DNA of 63,986 bases, filler included, from Vicugna vicugna (taxonomy: Eukaryota): assembly GCA_013265495.1 (NCBI GenBank). It is 73 parts of 72 records of this genome, joined end to end, with 100 filler letters (N's around TTAATTAATTAA, not from the genome) between each part and the next. Parts side by side here need not be neighbours in the genome. Positions count along the whole stretch, not along the records: positions 1 to 1,207 come from MU059874.1; positions 1,308 to 2,054 come from PNXW01011549.1; positions 2,155 to 2,738 come from MU059875.1; positions 2,839 to 3,289 come from PNXW01011552.1; positions 3,390 to 4,183 come from PNXW01011565.1; positions 4,284 to 5,170 come from MU059879.1; positions 5,271 to 6,481 come from MU059880.1; positions 6,582 to 7,390 come from PNXW01011576.1; 65 more parts are not named here. One strand, written 5' to 3'. A program made the position numbers and the translations under genes. The notes beneath the pieces were generated by a model, which saw only the letters and a list, made by a program, of their open reading frames with translations, was not told the DNA's origin and did no database searches. Positions 1 through 12,241 of this stretch are shown here, one piece after another (the stretch's first letter is position 1; each line of letters starts with the position of its first letter).

Positions 1-1207
1 CTGCAATCACCCCTTGCATTCCCTGGCACAGAGATATTTGGAAAACCCTCAGGGCATACGAGCTGAGGCATTCCGTAAGAACCCACACGCTGCCGACCTT
101 TGTTGGAACCTCCCCACGCTCAGGATTCCGGAAAAATTGTCAGTGCGTGGTGAGCTCAAGAGACAACTCCACGCAGCTCTCTTCAGTCACAGGTGTTCCC
201 TGTTCAGGGGAGTCCGAGAAATACCTTCCCTGAACTTGGGGATGCAGCTACCGACACTGGGACATCCTGCAATCACCCCTAGCATTCCCTGGCACAAAGA
301 AATTAGGAAAANNNNNNNNNNNNNNNNNNNNNNNNNNNNNNNNNNNNNNNNNNNNNNNNNNNNNNNNNNNNNNNNNNNNNNNNNNNNNNNNNNNNNNNNN
401 NNNNNNNNNNNNNNNNNNNNNNNNNNNNNNNNNNNNNNNNNNNNNNNNNNNNNNNNNNNNNNNNNNNNNNNNNNNNNNNNNNNNNNNNNNNNNNNNNNNN
501 NNNNNNNNNNNNNNNNNNNNNNNNNNNNNNNNNNNNNNNNNNNNNNNNNNNNNNNNNNNNNNNNNNNNNNNNNNNNNNNNNNNNNNNNNNNNNNNNNNNN
601 NNNNNNNNNNNNNNNNNNNNNNNNNNNNNNNNNNNNNNNNNNNNNNNNNNNNNNNNNNNNNNNNNNNNNNNNNNNNNNNNNNNNNNNNNNNNNNNNNNNN
701 NNNNNNNNNNNNNNNNNNNNNNNNNNNNNNNNNNNNNNNNNNNNNNNNNNNNNNNNNNNNNNNNNNNNNNNNNNNNNNNNNNNNNNNNNNNNNNNNNNNN
801 NNNNNNNNNNNNNNNNNNNNNNNNNNNNNNNNNNNNNNNNNNNNNNNNNNNNNNNNNNNNNNNNNNNNNNNNNNNNNNNNNNNNNNNNNNNNNNNNNNNN
901 NNNNNNNNNNNNNNNNNNNNNNNNNNNNNNNNNNNNNNNNNNNNNNNNNNNNNNNNNNNNNNNNNNNNNNNNNNNNNNNNNNNNNNNNNNNNNNNNNNNN
1001 NNNNNNNNNNNNNNNNNNNNNNNNNNNCTCTGACACTGGGATATCCTGCAATCACCCCTAGCATTCCCTGGCACAGAGACATTAGGGAACAACTCAGGGG
1101 AGACGTGATTAGGCATTCCGTTAGAACCCACGCACTGACGAGCGTTGGTGGAACCTCGCCAAGCTCAGGATTCCGGAAATATAGTCAGTGCGTGGGGGAG
1201 CTCGAGA
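1..1207. repeat. SatA satellite (~267-bp monomer), gapped
   Basis: Landmarks GGAACCTCCCCACGCTCAGGATTCCGGA and CACAGGTGTTCCCTG. Confidence 0.95.
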
Positions 1208-1307
1208 NNNNNNNNNNNNNNNNNNNNNNNNNNNNNNNNNNNNNNNNNNNNTTAATTAATTAANNNNNNNNNNNNNNNNNNNNNNNNNNNNNNNNNNNNN
1301 NNNNNNN
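1208..1307. other. Artificial scaffold spacer N44-TTAATTAATTAA-N44 (first of ~72; last core at 63701-63712)
   Basis: 44 N + palindromic TTAATTAATTAA (1252-1263) + 44 N = 100 bp. TAA occurs in all six frames, and the spacer recurs identically between unrelated pieces. Confidence 0.98.
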
Positions 1308-2054
1308 CTGTAAAACCGATTTGGAGCTTGTACCTCCCCTTATATATTTATGCAGTGGACTTTGCAAGTGTCAAGAAACTTTGTGTTCCCTTCCAGCTAG
1401 TTGAAGGACGGTTTTGACACACACATATCTCTCAGAACTGAGCATGTGGAGAGACGTTCGTTCATCCAGCACAAAGGGAACGGGTTGCAGGAGAAACAGT
1501 TACTCTGGTTTCTCAGTCTGTTTCCTAGTGCCGGTTTGAAGTTCCTGCGGTTTGCACTGTAAAACCGATTTGGAGCTTGTACCTCCCCATATATATGTAT
1601 GGTGTGGAGTTTGCAACTGAAAAGAATTTTTGTGTTCCCTTCAAGCTAGGTGAAGGACGACAGTCACACACACTTATCTCTCAGAACTGAGCATGTGGAG
1701 ATACGTTCGTTCATCCAGCACAAAGGGAACGGGTTGCAGGAGAAACAGTTACTCTGGTTTCTCAGTCTCTTTCCTAGTGCCGGTTGGAAGTTCCTGCGGT
1801 TTGCACTGTAAAACCGAGTTGGAGTTTGTTTCTACCCATATATATGTAAGGACTGGTGTTTGAAACTGTATAGAAATTTTGTGTTCCCTTCAAGTTACGT
1901 GAAGGACGGCTTTAAAACACACTTATCTCTCAGAACTGAGCATGTGTAGAGACGTTCTTTCATCCAGCACAAAGGGAACGGTTTGCAGGATAAACCCTTA
2001 TTATTCTGGTTCTCAAACTGTTTCCTAGTGCCGGTTTGAAGTTCTTGCGGTTTG
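1308..2054. repeat. SatB satellite, 3 tandem 249-bp monomers
   Basis: AAAACCGA landmark at 1312, 1561, 1810 (period 249). Confidence 0.95.
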
Positions 2055-2154
2055 NNNNNNNNNNNNNNNNNNNNNNNNNNNNNNNNNNNNNNNNNNNNTT
2101 AATTAATTAANNNNNNNNNNNNNNNNNNNNNNNNNNNNNNNNNNNNNNNNNNNN

Positions 2155-2738
2155 GGCTGCCTCCCCAATGTCAGGGAAGGTATTTCTCGAACTTCCCCGT
2201 ACATGGAATTCCTGTGACTGAAGAGATCTGCATGAATTTTTCTCTCGAGCTCCCCCACGCACTGACAACGGTTCCAAAATCCTATCGTTGTTAGGTTCCA
2301 CCAACGGTCGGCAGCGCTTGGGTTCTAAAAAAATGCCTAAGCTCGTCTCCCCTGAGGGTTTCCCTAATGTCTCTGTGCCAGGGAATGCTAGGGGTGATTG
2401 CAGGATGTCCCAGTGACCGAGGTTGCCTCCCCAAGGTCAGGGAAGTTATTTCCCGGACTTCCCCGAACAGGGAACTCCTGTGANNNNNNNNNNNNNNNNN
2501 NNNNNNNNNNNNNNNNNNNNNNNNNNNNNNNNNNNNNNNNNNNNNNNNNNNNNNNNNNNNNNNNNNNNNNNNNNNNNNNNNNNNNNNNNNNNNNNNNNNN
2601 NNNNNNNNNNNNNNNNNNNNNNNNNNNNNNNNNNNNNNNNNNNNNNNNNNNNNNNNNNNNNNNNNNNNNNNNNNNNNNNNNNACTCCCCAATTTCAGGGA
2701 AGTTATTTCTCAGACTTCCCCGAAAAGGGAACTCCTGT
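2155..2738. repeat. SatA satellite, reverse orientation
   Basis: GGTTCCACCAACGGTCGGCAGCG and GTGCCAGGGAATGCTAGGGG. Confidence 0.95.
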
Positions 2739-2838
2739 NNNNNNNNNNNNNNNNNNNNNNNNNNNNNNNNNNNNNNNNNNNNTTAATTAATTAANNNNNN
2801 NNNNNNNNNNNNNNNNNNNNNNNNNNNNNNNNNNNNNN

Positions 2839-3289
2839 GCATGGACTCTGTTTTCCCACATCCAGCACACTGACGAAGAAGTGGTCTCGTGTATTGAGTG
2901 TGGGGAGTATCCTCCAACTTACAGCAGCACCTGGGATATTAAAGTATCCCTCAGCTTGGCTTCCCTGAATGTCTGCCTAGGCTGCGCTGTGAGCAATCAT
3001 GGGGTTTGGGCTCTAAACCAAGTATTATCGAGTGCACCCCTATGGGCATTATAGGTGTTTAATAACATCCCTAACCTGTGAACAACTCTGCCTCCATAAA
3101 TATGGGTGGACTCTATTTCCCCACATCCAGTAACTTTTTAAGGTATCCTGATTGAGGGGAGGCTCTTCCAAATGACAACAGCGCCTAGGCTCGGTTAGTA
3201 CCCCTTACTTTGTCTTCCTTGATGGCATGCTTAGGCCAGAGTGTGGGAGAGAGTGTGGATAGGGCTCTAAATCCAAGTATTATGGAGTG
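2839..3289. repeat. SatD satellite (~265-bp diverged monomers)
   Basis: CTCCAACT.ACAGCAGC and GGGCTCTAAA.CCAAGTATTA each present twice. Confidence 0.9.
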
Positions 3290-3389
3290 NNNNNNNNNNN
3301 NNNNNNNNNNNNNNNNNNNNNNNNNNNNNNNNNTTAATTAATTAANNNNNNNNNNNNNNNNNNNNNNNNNNNNNNNNNNNNNNNNNNNN

Positions 3390-4183
3390 GATTGCTGCAT
3401 AAATCAAAGAAAAATATATAAAGAAATATGACAAAAAAAACAAAGTCCATGGGGTATAGCAAAAGCAATATTAATAGGGATGCTTATAGGAAAATAATTC
3501 CACTTATACAAATTAGAAACATCTCTCTCTTAAAACATAATCTTACAAACAAAAGATGTAGAAAAATAATAAACAAACTTGTTAGTAGAATGAAAGACAG
3601 CTGAAAGGTCAGAACATGAATTAATAAAATAAAGATTAAAAATAGAAACATCTAAACAAACTAAATAATGCCTTTTGAAAGATAAATATAACTGATCAAC
3701 TTTAATGAGACTCATGAGCAAAAAAGAGAGAACAGATTAAAAAGCTCCAAAATAAATGAGAAGTTACAGCTTATATCAAAGTAACACAAAGCCTCATAAA
3801 TAATACAAAAAATTATATGCCAATTAAAATGGAATCCCTAGAAGAAATGGACAATTTCTTAGAAAGACATAATCTCCAGGATGGAATGAGAAATAGATAA
3901 TTTTAACAGATTTTCACTAATCAAATAGAATAAGTAATTAAACAAAATCTCCCAAGAATAAGTAATTAAATCTCCCAAGAAACATAATTCCAGGCCTAGA
4001 CAGCTTCACAGGTGACTTCTGCCAAACATTTAGAGAAGAGCTATTACCTATACTTTTCAGAGAATTCCAAATATTAGCAGAGCGAAGAAAGCTTCCTAGC
4101 CCACATTTCTGTATCACACTACTACTAAAACAGGAACAAATAACCATAAAATTACAGGTTAAATACTACTGATAAGCATAGAT
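3390..4183 (+). mobile_element. Old, degenerate LINE-1 ORF2 fragment (between endonuclease and RT)
   Basis: A-rich, with L1 ORF2 motifs CCTAGAAGAAATGGACAATTTCTTAGAAA and CCAGGCCTAGACAGCTTCACAGGTGA; frames disrupted. Confidence 0.85.
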
Positions 4184-4283
4184 NNNNNNNNNNNNNNNNN
4201 NNNNNNNNNNNNNNNNNNNNNNNNNNNTTAATTAATTAANNNNNNNNNNNNNNNNNNNNNNNNNNNNNNNNNNNNNNNNNNNN

Positions 4284-5170
4284 GTTCCGGAATCCTGAGC
4301 GTGGGGAGGATACCCCAACGGTCGGCAGAGCTTGAGTTCTAACGGAATGCCTAAGCCCCTCTCCCCTGAGGCTTTTCCTAATATCTCTGTGCCAGGGAAT
4401 GCTAGGGGGTTTTGCAGGATATCCCAGTGACAGAGGCTGCCTCCCCAAGGTCAGGGAAGTTATTTCTCAGACTTCCTCGAANNNNNNNNNNNNNNNNNNN
4501 NNNNNNNNNNNNNNNNNNNNNNNNNNNNNNNNNNNNNNNNNNNNNNNNNNNNNNNNNNNNNNNNNNNNNNNNNNNNNNNNNNNNNNNNNNNNNNNNNNNN
4601 NNNNNNNNNNNNNNNNNNNNNNNNNNNNNNNNNNNNNNNNNNNNNNNNNNNNNNNNNNNNNNNNNNNNNNNNNNNNNNNNNNNNNNNNNNNNNNNNNNNN
4701 NNNNNNNNNNNNNNNNNNNNNNNNNNNNNNNNNNNNNNNNNNNNNNNNNNNNNNNNNNNNNNNNNNNNNNNNNNNNNNNNNNNNNNNNNNNNNNNNNNNN
4801 NNNNNNNNNNNNNNNNNNNNNNNNNNNNNNNNNNNNNNNNNNNNNNNNNNNNNNNNNNNNNNNNNNNNNNNNNNNNNNNNNNNNNNNNNNNNNNNNNNNN
4901 NNNNNNNNNNNNNNNNNNNNNNNNNNNNNNNNNNNNNNNNNNNNNNNNNNNNNNNNNNNNNNNNNNNNNNNNNNNNNNNNNNNNNNNNNNNNNNNNNNNN
5001 NNNNNNNNNNNNNNNNNNNNNNNNNNNNNNNNNNNNNNNNNNNNNNNNNNNNNNNNNNNNNNNNNNNNNNNNNNNNNNNNNNNNNNNNNNNNNNNNNNNN
5101 NNNNNNNNNNGCAGCGCGTTGGTTATAACGGAATGCATAAGCTCGTCTCCCCTGAGTATTTTCCTAATGT
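4284..5170. repeat. SatA satellite, reverse orientation, gapped
   Basis: TTCCGGAATCCTGAGCGTGGGGAGG landmark. Confidence 0.95.
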
Positions 5171-5270
5171 NNNNNNNNNNNNNNNNNNNNNNNNNNNNNN
5201 NNNNNNNNNNNNNNTTAATTAATTAANNNNNNNNNNNNNNNNNNNNNNNNNNNNNNNNNNNNNNNNNNNN

Positions 5271-6481
5271 AAACACCCCTAGCAATCCCTGGCACAGAGA
5301 TATTAGGAAAACCCTGAGGGGAGATTAGCTTAGGCTTTCTGTTAGAACCCACGCGCTGCCGACCGTTGGTGGAACCTCCCCACGCTCAGGATTCCGGAAC
5401 CATTGTCAGTGCGTAGGGGAGCTCGAGAGACAACTCCANNNNNNNNNNNNNNNNNNNNNNNNNNNNNNNNNNNNNNNNNNNNNNNNNNNNNNNNNNNNNN
5501 NNNNNNNNNNNNNNNNNNNNNNNNNNNNNNNNNNNNNNNNNNNNNNNNNNNNNNNNNNNNNNNNNNNNNNNNNNNNNNNNNNNNNNNNNNNNNNNNNNNN
5601 NNNNNNNNNNNNNNNNNNNNNNNNNNNNNNNNNNNNNNNNNNNNNNNNNNNNNNNNNNNNNNNNNNNNNNNNNNNNNNNNNNNNNNNNNNNNNNNNNNNN
5701 NNNNNNNNNNNNNNNNNNNNNNNNNNNNNNNNNNNNNNNNNNNNNNNNNNNNNNNNNNNNNNNNNNNNNNNNNNNNNNNNNNNNNNNNNNNNNNNNNNNN
5801 NNNNNNNNNNNNNNNNNNNNNNNNNNNNNNNTAGGAAAACCCTCAGGGGAGATGAGATTAGGCTTTCCGTTAGAACCCACGCGCTGCCGACCGTTGGTGG
5901 AACCTCCCCACGCTCAGGATTCCGGAAATATTGTCAGTGCTTGGGGAGCTCGAGGGAAACTCCACGAAGCTCTCTTCAGTCACAGGTGTTCTCTGTTCAG
6001 GGAAGTCCGAGAAATAACTTCCCTGACCTTAGGGAGGAATCCTCTGTCACTGTGATATCCTGCAAACCCCCCTAGCATTCCCTGGCACAGAGACATTAGG
6101 AAAACCCTCAGGGGAGACGAGCTTAGGCTTTCCGTTAGAACCCACGCGCTGCCGACCGTTGGTGGAACCTCCCCANNNNNNNNNNNNNNNNNNNNNNNNN
6201 NNNNNNNNNNNNNNNNNNNNNNNNNTCACCTCTCTTCAGTCACAGGTGTTCCCTGTTCGGGGAAGTCCGAGAAATAACTTCCCTGATCTTGGGGAGGCAG
6301 CCTCTGTCACTGGGATATCCTGCAATCCCCCCTAGGATTCCCTGCAACAGAGACATTAGGAAAACCCTCAGGGGAGACGAGCTTAGGTTTTCCGTTAGAA
6401 CCAACGCGCTGCCGACCGTTAGTGGGACCTCCCCATGCTCAGGATTCCAGAACGATTGTCAGTGCTTGGGGAGCTCGAGAG
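5271..6481. repeat. SatA satellite
   Basis: Repeated AGAACCCACGCGCTGCCGACCGTTGGTGGAACC. Confidence 0.95.
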
Positions 6482-6581
6482 NNNNNNNNNNNNNNNNNNN
6501 NNNNNNNNNNNNNNNNNNNNNNNNNTTAATTAATTAANNNNNNNNNNNNNNNNNNNNNNNNNNNNNNNNNNNNNNNNNNNN

Positions 6582-7390
6582 AATACTGAATATAGAATTT
6601 AGAACATGGAATGCAGATCCCAGAATATAGAATATAGAATACGGCATACTGAATATAAAATTTAGAATATAGAATTTAGAATATGGAATTCAGATCCCAG
6701 AATATAGAATATAGAATACGGCATTCTGAATATAAAATTTAGAATATAGAATGTAGAACACAGAATATAGAATATAGAGTATAGAATATAGAACCCAGAA
6801 TTTTGAACATGGAATGCAGAAAACAGAATTTGGAATATAAAATACAGAATACTTAATATAGAATTTAGAACATAGAATGCGGAACTCAGCAATTAGAATA
6901 TAGAATACAGAATACTGAATATAGAATTTCGAATATACAATGTAGAACACAGAATGTAGAATATGGAAAACAGAATACAGAAACGACAATTTAGAACATG
7001 GAATGCAGAAGACAGAGTTTAGAATATTCAAAACAGAATACTGAATATAGAATTTCGAATATACAGTGTAGAACACAGAATAAAGGATATAGAATAAAGA
7101 ATACTGAATATAGAAGTTAGAATATAGAATGTATAACACAGAATACAGAGTATAGAATAGAGAATATAGAACCCAGAATTTAGAACATGGAATGCAGAAC
7201 ACAGAATTTAGAATATAGAATACAGAATATTGAATATAGGATTATAAGGATTATAATATAGAATGTAGGACACAGAATATATCATATACAATACGGAATG
7301 CCGAATATAGAATATAGAATCATGAAAACAAAATATAGAATATGAAATAGAGAATATAGAACCTAGAATTTAGAACATGGAATGTAGAAC
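6582..7390. repeat. SatC AT-rich heptamer satellite, (AGAATAT)n strand
   Basis: 7-bp units with landmark AGAACATGGAATGCAGAA; 77-bp local repeat (6606/6683). Confidence 0.93.
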
Positions 7391-7490
7391 NNNNNNNNNN
7401 NNNNNNNNNNNNNNNNNNNNNNNNNNNNNNNNNNTTAATTAATTAANNNNNNNNNNNNNNNNNNNNNNNNNNNNNNNNNNNNNNNNNNNN

Positions 7491-8544
7491 GTGGGTGCAC
7501 AGGGCAGAGCAACCCGGGCCCTCCATAAAACAGCACGGCTGATGGGCCCTGGGGGGAAGGGTGCACACCCCCATCTCTGAAAACCCGCAGAAAGTTTTCA
7601 GGGGAAGAGAGGCGGGGCTCAGGCACAGCCGCCATACCCAGGGACACAAGGGTGGTTCAACATATGCAAATTAATCAATGTAATACATCACATCAACAAG
7701 AGAAAGGACAAAAACCACATGATCATCTCAATCAATGCAGAAAAAGCATTTGATAAAATTCAACACATAATGTCCAGAAACAGTTGCCTCATATATTCCA
7801 TGCAATTTTCTCATTGTTTACTGTGAAAGGGTATGTCCCATCACAGTTACTCCATCATAGCCAGAAGCAGGAGAAAACCTGTATAAACTTTGGCCATTTA
7901 TAAAAACAAAAATATTTTGACAAGGATGCCCACTATCACCACTCCTATTCAACATAGTCCTGGAAGTCCTAGCCACAGCAATCAGGCAAGAGAGAGAAAT
8001 AAAAGGGATCCAAATTGGAAAAGAAGAGGTAACTTCTTCTATATGCCAATGACATGTTACCATATATAGAGAACCCTAAAAGGTCCACACAAAAACTACT
8101 AGAGGTGATCAAAGAATTCAACAAGGTAGTGGGTTACAAGATTAATGTTCAAAAATCAGTGGCATTTCTTTACACTAATGATGAATCAACAGAAAAAGAA
8201 AGTAAAGAAACAATCCCCTTTAAAATAGCACCCAAAGTAATAAAATATCTGGGAATAAATCTAACCAAGGAGGTGAAAGAATTACACACNNNNNNNNNNN
8301 NNNNNNNNNNNNNNNNNNNNNNNNNNNNNNNNNNNNNNNNNNNNNNNNNNNNCCATGCTCTTGGATTGGAAGAATCAATATTGTTAAAATGGTCACACTG
8401 CCCAAGGCAATCTACAGATTTAATGCAATCCCTATCCAATTACCCAGGACATATTTCACAGAACTAGAACAAATCATAATAAAATTTATATTTTATATAA
8501 GCCATCAAAGACCTAGAATTGCCAAAGCATTACTGAAGAGAAAG
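7491..8544 (+). mobile_element. Rearranged LINE-1: 5'UTR piece (7491-7636) fused to ORF2 RT region, with a non-L1 patch at ~7767-7918
   Basis: 7491-7636 aligns to 43904-44045. From 7637 it aligns to the L1 ORF2 copy at 8664 onward. The ORF track gives L1 ORF2 peptides ([35 protein letters not shown]). Confidence 0.9.
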
Positions 8545-8644
8545 NNNNNNNNNNNNNNNNNNNNNNNNNNNNNNNNNNNNNNNNNNNNTTAATTAATTAA
8601 NNNNNNNNNNNNNNNNNNNNNNNNNNNNNNNNNNNNNNNNNNNN

Positions 8645-9451
8645 TCATGACCAAGTGGGGTTCATCCCAGGGACACAAGGCTGGTTCAACATACGCAAAT
8701 CAATCAATGTAATACATCACATCAACAAGAGAAAGGACAAAAACCACATGATCATCTCAATCGATGCAGAAAAAGCATTTGATAAAATTCAACACCCATT
8801 TATGATAAAAACTCTCGCCAAAGTGGGTATANNNNNNNNNNNNNNNNNNNNNNNNNNNNNNNNNNNNNNNNNNNNNNNNNNNNNNNNNNNNNNNNNNNNN
8901 NNNNNNNNNNNNNNNNNNNNNNNNNNNNNNNNNNNNNNNNNNNNNNNNNNNNNNNNNNNNNNNNCACCACTCCTATTCAATATAGTCCTGGAAGTCCTAG
9001 CCACAGCAATCAGGCAAGAGAAAGAAATAAAAGGGGTCCAGATTGGAAGGGAGGAGGTAAAAGTGTCATTATATGCTGACAACATGTTACTATGTGTAGA
9101 AAACCCTAAAGGGTCCACAAAAAAGCTACTAGAGCTGATCGAAGAATTCAGCAAGGTAGCAGGTTACAAAATTAATGTTCAAAAATCAGTTGCCTTTCTT
9201 TACACTAACGATAAATCAACAGAAAAAGAAAGTAAAGANNNNNNNNNNNNNNNNNNNNNNNNNNNNNNNNNNNNNNNNNNNNNNNNNNNNNNNNNNNNNN
9301 NNNNNNNNNNNNNNNNNNNNNNNGGATTGGAAGATATTGTTAAAATGGTCACACTGCCCAAGGCAATCTACAGATTTAATGCAATCCCTATCCAATTACC
9401 CAGGACATATTTCACAGAACTAGAACAAATCATAATCAAATTTAATTTATA
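8645..9451 (+). mobile_element. LINE-1 ORF2 reverse transcriptase fragment
   Basis: Peptide [23 protein letters not shown]...[13 protein letters not shown]...[23 protein letters not shown]...LYADNM; the catalytic YADD reads YADN. Confidence 0.97.
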
Positions 9452-9551
9452 NNNNNNNNNNNNNNNNNNNNNNNNNNNNNNNNNNNNNNNNNNNNTTAAT
9501 TAATTAANNNNNNNNNNNNNNNNNNNNNNNNNNNNNNNNNNNNNNNNNNNN

Positions 9552-10647
9552 TGGGGAGGCAGCCTCTGTCACTGGGATATCCTGTAATCCCCCTAGAATT
9601 CCCTGGCACACAGATATTAGAAACACCCTCAGGGGAGACGAGCTTAGGCTTTCCGTTAGAACTCACGCACTGCCGACCGTTGGTGGAACCTCCCCACGCT
9701 CAGGATTCCGGAACCATTGTCAGTGCGTNNNNNNNNNNNNNNNNNNNNNNNNNNNNNNNNNNNNNNNNNNNNNNNNNNNNNNNNNNNNNNNNNNNNNNNN
9801 NNNNNNNNNNNNNNNNNNNNNNNNNNNNNNNNNNNNNNNNNNNNNNNNNNNNNNNNNNNNNNNNNNNNNNNNNNNNNNNNNNNNNNNNNNNNNNNNNNNN
9901 NNNNNNNNNNNNNNNNNNNNNNNNNNNNNNNNNNNNNNNNNNNNNNNNNNNNNNNNNNNNNNNNNNNNNNNNNNNNNNNNNNNNNNNNNNNNNNNNNNNN
10001 NNNNNNNNNNNNNNNNNNNNNNNNNNNNNNNNNNNNNNNNNNNNNNNNNNNNNNNNNNNNNNNNNNNNNNNNNNNNNNNNNNNNNNNNNNNNNNNNNNNN
10101 NNNNNNNNNNNNNNNNNNNNNNNNNNNNNNNNNNNNNNNNNNNNNNNNNNNNNNNNNNNNNNNNNNNNNNNNNNNNNNNNNNNNNNNNNNNNNNNNNNNN
10201 NNNNNNNNNNNNNNNNNNNNNNNNNNNNNNNNNNNNNNNNNNNNNNNNNNNNNNNNNNNNNNNNNNNNNNNNNNNNNNNNNNNNNNNNNNNNNNNNNNNN
10301 NNNNNNNNNNNNNNNNNNNNNNNNNNNNNNNNNNNNNNNNNNNNNNNNNNNNNNNNNNNNNNNNNNNNNNNNNNNNNNNNNNNNNNNNNNNNNNNNNNNN
10401 NNNNNNNNNNNNNNNNNNNNNNNNNNNNNNNNNNNNNNNNNNNNNNNNNNNNNNNNNNNNNNNNNNNNNNNNNNNNNNTCAGGATTCCGGAACCATTGTC
10501 AGTGCGTGTGGGAGCTCGATAGACAACTCCAAGCAGCTCTCTTCAGTCACAGGTGTTCCCTGTTCGGGGAAGTCCGAGAAATACCATCCCTGACATTGTG
10601 GTGGCAGCCTGTGTCACTGGGATATCCTGCAAACCCCCCTAGCATTC
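9552..10647. repeat. SatA satellite, gapped
   Basis: SatA landmarks on both sides of the gap. Confidence 0.95.
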
Positions 10648-10747
10648 NNNNNNNNNNNNNNNNNNNNNNNNNNNNNNNNNNNNNNNNNNNNTTAATTAAT
10701 TAANNNNNNNNNNNNNNNNNNNNNNNNNNNNNNNNNNNNNNNNNNNN

Positions 10748-11551
10748 AGACAGCAGCACCTGGGTTGTATTAGAATCCCTTAGCTTGAATTCGCTAAGTG
10801 TTTCTAGGCCTAGCATTAAGCGATGGTGGGGGATGGGCTCTAAAGCCAAGTATTAGCGAGTGCAACTCTGTGGGTAGTGGAGGGTTTTAAAATACTTCCC
10901 CACTCTTTTAACACCTGTGCCCCATAAAGATACGTGGAATCTGTTTCCCCACNNNNNNNNNNNNNNNNNNNNNNNNNNNNNNNNNNNNNNNNNNNNNNNN
11001 NNNNNNNNNNNNNNNNNNNNNNNNNNNNNNNNNNNNNNNNNNNNNNNNNNNNNNNNNNNNNNNNNNNNNNNNNNNNNNNNNNNNNNNNNNNNNNNNNNNN
11101 NNNNNNNNNNNNNNNNNNNNNNNNNNNNNNNNNNNNNNNNNNNNNNNNNNNNNNNNNNNNNNNNNNNNNNNNNNNNNNNNNNNNNNNNNNNNNNNNNNNN
11201 NNNNNNNNNNNNNNNNNNNNNNNNNNNNNNNNNNNNNNNNNNNNNNNNNNNNNNNNNNNNNNNNNNNNNNNNNNNNNNNNNNNNNNNNNNNNNNNNNNNN
11301 NNNNNNNNNNNNNNNNNNNNNNNNNNNNNNNNNNNNNNNNNNNNNNNNNNNNNNNNNNNNNNNNNNNNNNTGTTGGGCTCCAAGTATTACCGAGAGCCTA
11401 TTAATGGGATGTGGATTTTTAACCTACAACCCACAACCATGGAATAAATGTGCCCCCTGAAATATGCTTTGTCTGTTTCCCTACTTCCAGCACACACACG
11501 AAGATGTTTTCTGGTATTCTGAATGTGAGGAAGTTCCTCAAACTGACAGCA
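10748..11551. repeat. SatD satellite, gapped
   Basis: GACAGCAGCACCTGGG..AGAATCCCTTAGCTTG; 11372-11551 matches 22645-22830. Confidence 0.9.
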
Positions 11552-11651
11552 NNNNNNNNNNNNNNNNNNNNNNNNNNNNNNNNNNNNNNNNNNNNTTAAT
11601 TAATTAANNNNNNNNNNNNNNNNNNNNNNNNNNNNNNNNNNNNNNNNNNNN

Positions 11652-11975
11652 TGCAAGTGATATTTTCCAATCAAGTGTTAATATGCAACTATATTGGAAA
11701 CTTATACACCACAAATACAAAAAAAAGACCAAACCATCCAGTTAAAAAATGTGTCCGTAGGAACTGAATAGAAAGATCTGAATCAATTTTCTGTAGAAAA
11801 CATAGAGTTGGTAAAATGACACAAGAAAATATGTTCAGAGCTATAAATTATAAGGAAAGTCATAAACCAAAAATGAGACAAGACCTCACANNNNNNNNNN
11901 NNNNNNNNNNNNNNNNNNNNNNNNNNNNNNNNNNNNNNGTGAACACTGTTGATAGGAATGCAAAGTATTGATTGC
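11652..11975 (+). mobile_element. Old LINE-1 ORF2 3' fragment
   Basis: CCAGTTAAAAAATG..ACTGAATAGA and ACACTGTTGATAGGAATGCAAA resemble the L1 ORF2 C-terminal region (cf. 52400-52440). Confidence 0.65.
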
Positions 11976-12241
11976 ATTGCATATATACATCAAATTTCCT
12001 TCATCCATTTTTCTGTCAAGGGATGTTGGGTTTGTAGGCCCCTGTCTGAAGGCTGTAGAGATTAAGCCCATGGGCTGAACTGACAAACAAGCTGTAAGGA
12101 ATGTCACGTATCCAGGCTGGATAAGTAATGGCCTACTCAATNNNNNNNNNNNNNNNNNNNNNNNNNNNNNNNNNNNNNNNNNNNNTTAATTAATTAANNN
12201 NNNNNNNNNNNNNNNNNNNNNNNNNNNNNNNNNNNNNNNNN

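Noticed and set aside
14..1131. Long ORFs made mostly of X, and ORFs ending in LIN throughout the track
   Set aside because: They are read-through of N gaps ended by the linker.
6582..7390. GAA repeats as heat-shock elements, by analogy with human satellite III
   Set aside because: The GAA units are direct repeats at 7-bp spacing, not inverted nGAAn pentamers.
8655..9451. Active or novel reverse transcriptase system
   Set aside because: Ordinary L1 ORF2 fragment with YADN at the catalytic motif. Neighbouring satellites lie on unrelated scaffolds.
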